The notes below the pieces were generated by a model, which was not told the DNA's origin, ran no database searches, and saw only the letters and a list, made by a program, of their open reading frames with translations. DNA of 20,000 nt from an uncultured virus (IMG/VR IMGVR_UViG_3300049740_001611). Lineage: Duplodnaviria > Heunggongvirae > Uroviricota > Caudoviricetes. This document shows positions 17,499-20,000 of the stretch, piece after piece. Numbering within the stretch: position 1 is the stretch's first letter; every line of letters starts with the position of its first letter. The stretch lies in IMG/VR virus record IMGVR_UViG_3300049740_001611; one strand, given 5' to 3'. A program made the position numbers and the translations under genes.

Positions 17499-17556
17499 AC
17501 AAATACTTATTACAGTTTCATTAAGTGCATATATAACCTGGCTAAATATTTGTATG
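17496..17556. promoter_or_regulatory. Divergent late-type promoter/start units forming a 14-bp inverted repeat
   Basis: CATACAAATACTTA (17496-17509) and TAAATATTTGTATG (17543-17556), 13/14 match. Confidence 0.7.
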
Positions 17557-17904
17557 ACATTCTATTGCACAACGCAACAACTACAACACAGTGTATGGAC
17601 CTTAGAGGGCACTATAACAGCTCCCACAAGTTCAGACTGGGACTATACGCTTACGCCCGGTGTTGACTCAATCAAATGGTGGGAAGTAGTTGAACACATA
17701 CCCGGAGTTGCTACTGTGGCCGCAGCACACGATCCTTTTTGTGAATACTATGTGATAGTGAGTAGACTTCAGGGTGTTGCAACACAAGAGTTCTTTGGCA
17801 CAACAGCTAGTGATCGTTGCAGTGCTAGAGCAAGTGAGTTGGGTATTGATCTAAGCGCACAAACACAAACCACTACGCTGTACACATCAACCGCCAAACT
17901 CTAA
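17554..17904 (+). CDS. Hypothetical protein, paralog of 12030-12464
   Basis: WDY...WWE...AAHDPFCEYYVI...EFFG...RASELGIDL; ATG 5 nt after TAAATA. Confidence 0.75.
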   Translation: MTFYCTTQQLQHSVWTLEGTITAPTSSDWDYTLTPGVDSIKWWEVVEHIPGVATVAAAHDPFCEYYVIVSRLQGVATQEFFGTTASDRCSARASELGIDLSAQTQTTTLYTSTAKL

Positions 17905-18096
17905 CATCCACAGTGTGTGCAGTCGTTGATCTGTAAACACCAATTGTTCACCCACAACACGAACTCCCCAGCGTGATAGTGCTATGTGTTCTATGTCTGA
18001 TGGTGAGTGTACAGGATATGCTTGATGTATGTGTAAACACATTCTACACCAACCATCCCACCCTTCACTAGTAGTGCAGTGATATGTTTCTTGCAT
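17887..18096 (-). CDS. Small hypothetical protein (69 aa)
   Basis: Start chosen from TAAATA-cact-ATG (18094-18106); C-terminal LVFTDQRLHTLWMLEFG. Confidence 0.6.
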   Translation of the reverse strand: MQETYHCTTSEGWDGWCRMCLHIHQAYPVHSPSDIEHIALSRWGVRVVGEQLVFTDQRLHTLWMLEFGG

Positions 18097-18128
18097 AGTG
18101 TATTTACGCACGGTGCAGAAGCCCAGAC

Positions 18129-18201
18129 CCGCAGAGCGGCTTGCGCTAGATTCCAAAGCCGCGAAGCGGTAAACGCTTTTTACAAAAAATTAGCGTTTAC
18201 C
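18129..18201. repeat. Cluster of GC-rich hairpins
   Basis: CCGC-AGA-GCGG (18129-18139), CCGC-GAA-GCGG (18159-18169), GGTAAACGCT/AGCGTTTACC (18168-18177/18192-18201). Confidence 0.7.
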
Positions 18202-18334
18202 TACAGCAAAAATTTACACAACGTATAACTATCGCAGCAGCGCATATAAAAAAAGAAACTTCACAACCATGCGTTAACACCATTTGCAACACTGTGTAAT
18301 ACCCCGTAACAGCCGGTTAACAAATAGATGAGTC

Positions 18335-18568
18335 TTAATCTACAATCCTAGGAGTGTATGCAGCACTATTACTGAGCTTTATAAACGCAAACATGCAGTC
18401 ACGCTCACTTTCAAATTGAATAGTTGACGCATCAGTTTGTACAGTGTGTATGTTATGGTTTACCAACAGTAGTGTACATGCTGTTTCAGTTATGACGTTT
18501 CTGTAGTTGAGTCTGTCAGGTATGCCTTTGTGTGTGGTTGATGTAAACTGTAAGCGTATGGTGTGCAT
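18335..18568 (-). CDS. Small hypothetical protein (77 aa)
   Basis: TAACTA-N5-ATG; C-terminal IQFESERDCMFAFIKL. Confidence 0.6.
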   Translation of the reverse strand: MHTIRLQFTSTTHKGIPDRLNYRNVITETACTLLLVNHNIHTVQTDASTIQFESERDCMFAFIKLSNSAAYTPRIVD

Positions 18569-18584
18569 ATGTGTAGTTATGCTA

Positions 18585-18662
18585 GACTCACTGTAAGCGT
18601 ACAGCTAAGAGGTTCTTGTTTAGAGCGTACTAGAGCTAAAGCTCTAAATGCTCTTGTGAGTC
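18585..18662. repeat. Nested inverted repeat between divergent genes
   Basis: GACTCAC/GTGAGTC, AAGAG/CTCTT, TTTAGAGC/GCTCTAAA, side hairpin CTGTA-AGCG-TACAG. Confidence 0.65.
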
Positions 18663-18690
18663 GCATTTGACAGCTTCGCTTAAATACAGT

Positions 18691-18903
18691 ATGAAAACTA
18701 CGATAATAAGATTCTTACAATTGGCAGCAACACCTACATTCCTTGTGTTAGCTGTGTACACAGAACTACAGCCCGTGAGCATATGTACAGCTGTCACTCC
18801 CCTACTAAAGAGCATGACTGTGATGTATGCGCTGATGGCTGTGTTTCATGTTACACCATGGTTTCAACACAAGTGCAAGAGTGGCTGTGGCTGTAATACC
18901 TAA
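18691..18903 (+). CDS. Small two-TM membrane protein with Cys-rich tail
   Basis: TAAATA-cagt-ATG; LAATPTF...MYALMAVFHVTPW. Confidence 0.7.
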   Translation: MKTTIIRFLQLAATPTFLVLAVYTELQPVSICTAVTPLLKSMTVMYALMAVFHVTPWFQHKCKSGCGCNT

Positions 18904-19105
18904 ATTCCCCCTATAGAGTAAAAAAAATTGTGCGCAAAAAAATTTAGAACCAAATTCTATTCGAGCAAATTGGTTTTTGGAGATAGAAAAAATGGTTGCG
19001 CGGTTTCATTAAGCATAGTACTTACAGTTTCGCCCTGGTGATTTCTATACCCCCCACCCCTCGAGAATGAAAATTTTTTTTTGAAAATATTTTTTTTCTA
19101 AAGTC

Positions 19106-19136
19106 AAAAAAAATCCCTAGCTGTTACACTAAGGAT
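19106..19136 (-). terminator. Rho-independent terminator for the minus-strand early genes
   Basis: Minus strand ATCCTTAG-tgtaacag-CTAGGGAT (8-bp stem, one G-U) followed by a T run. Confidence 0.7.
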
Positions 19137-19263
19137 TCTCCCCACACTCAGTTCTTTGTATCGATACAGTCTAGCGGTCGAGTGTGTTGTATACTGTACT
19201 GTACCTGTACTAGTCGGCTACGCTTACTAGTTGTTCAGCGTAGCACTTCAGCCTAGCCAGCTG

Positions 19264-19629
19264 TTAGTCAGCTCTACTTCCTGCGTATGCTGTAAAGCCT
19301 GCTGCTGAGAACACCTTAGCTGCTGCGTATGCACCTGCTTCCTTGGTGCTCATACACTGTGTGCCTAGGCCACTTGGATTCCATATTGAGTAGGCTCCAC
19401 TGTAGTCCTTCTCAAAGCCTGCCTGCTTCATACGGCGTCCTAGCTTGGTGCTGCCTTTAATGCCGTAGATGTTAACCCAAGCAAAGCCACAGTAGGCATG
19501 CTCGCCGTGTGTGTCCATATACTCTACAGCCGCATCTTGTGCATGCTGTAGTGCCGCTGCCTTGATAGTTTGCAGGTCTGCTACAGTGTAGTCGTTAAGG
19601 TTAGTAGTTGTTAGGTTTAATGTAGTCAT
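19264..19629 (-). CDS. Phage hypothetical protein (CGFAWV motif), early-type
   Basis: 121 aa; own sigma70 promoter; GAGGG SD-like element. Confidence 0.8.
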   Translation of the reverse strand: MTTLNLTTTNLNDYTVADLQTIKAAALQHAQDAAVEYMDTHGEHAYCGFAWVNIYGIKGSTKLGRRMKQAGFEKDYSGAYSIWNPSGLGTQCMSTKEAGAYAAAKVFSAAGFTAYAGSRAD

Positions 19630-19663
19630 TTAAGAAGCCCTCTTAATTTGTTAGTGTCTATAC

Positions 19664-19692
19664 AGTATACGATCTAAAGTTCAGTTTGTCAA
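19664..19692 (-). promoter_or_regulatory. Sigma70-type early promoter
   Basis: Minus strand TTGACA(19692-19687)-17 nt-TATACT(19669-19664), leader of roughly 28 nt with SD. Confidence 0.85.
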
Positions 19693-19695
19693 CCC

Positions 19696-19974
19696 CTAAT
19701 ATACGCACTCGGGGGTTTCTAACCAGTTGTCCAAACAGTACTGTTCTAGCTCTTGTCGTACAGTTGTGAGATAGTTGAACTTCTGTTGAACAGCTGAGTG
19801 TGACAGCTCTCCATCACAGCAGAGGTTCTCTGGTGATAGTTCGCCTGCGATCTTGTTCATTAGATCGTTTACGTTGTGCTGACGTAGTGGGAAGTCCATG
19901 TTCTCAGTTCCGAAGATTGAGTTCCAACGGTTCATCTGTTCTACGTACTCGTTAAGTGTATTGAATGTTTTCAT
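19696..19974 (-). CDS. Phage hypothetical protein (LSPENLCCDGE motif), early-type
   Basis: 92-aa ORF; AGGGC-containing leader resembling that of the downstream gene. Confidence 0.75.
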   Translation of the reverse strand: MKTFNTLNEYVEQMNRWNSIFGTENMDFPLRQHNVNDLMNKIAGELSPENLCCDGELSHSAVQQKFNYLTTVRQELEQYCLDNWLETPECVY

Positions 19975-20000
19975 AGTTTTTGCCCTTTGCCCTAATTGTT

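Noticed and set aside
17386..17553. N-terminal extensions of ORFs 17386-17904 and 16721-17416
   Set aside because: Overlap the 54-aa membrane ORF and promoter cassette; paralog alignment and SD support starts at 17554 and 17344
18667..18695. TTGACA as a sigma70 -35 and TTG start at 18667
   Set aside because: No good -10 at 17-nt spacing; ATG 18691 after TAAATA-N4 fits the recurrent pattern better
18100..19263. tRNA, CRISPR array or intron in the non-coding stretches
   Set aside because: No cloverleaf with T-loop/CCA, no regularly spaced direct repeats, and no interrupted gene seen

Overview
AT-rich, densely coding segment of a large T4-like/jumbo dsDNA phage, probably marine or aquatic with a Gram-negative, sigma70-using host (inference). 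1-10245 is a replication and auxiliary block: UvsW-like helicase C-terminus, a possible degenerate Hint-fold protein, kdsA, kdsB, a putative gp62-like clamp-loader subunit, a Zn-finger protein, a cupin, peptide deformylase, a 186-aa miniature DnaE core, a virion-type protein, primase, a stand-alone carbamoyltransferase N-domain with a small DPFIY peptide, and a DnaB/gp41 helicase. 10319-12027 encodes Ig-like and glycine-rich fibre-type proteins. 12433-17498 is an inverted, translationally coupled operon with seven 2OG-Fe(II) oxygenases, bracketed by two paralogous unknown genes. 17887-20000 holds small genes, structured non-coding DNA, a terminator and early-type genes. The most striking regulatory pattern is that eight genes have a promoter element only 4-6 nt before the ATG with no Shine-Dalgarno, suggesting systematic leaderless mRNAs. 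Family assignments come from motif recognition only; no searches were run.
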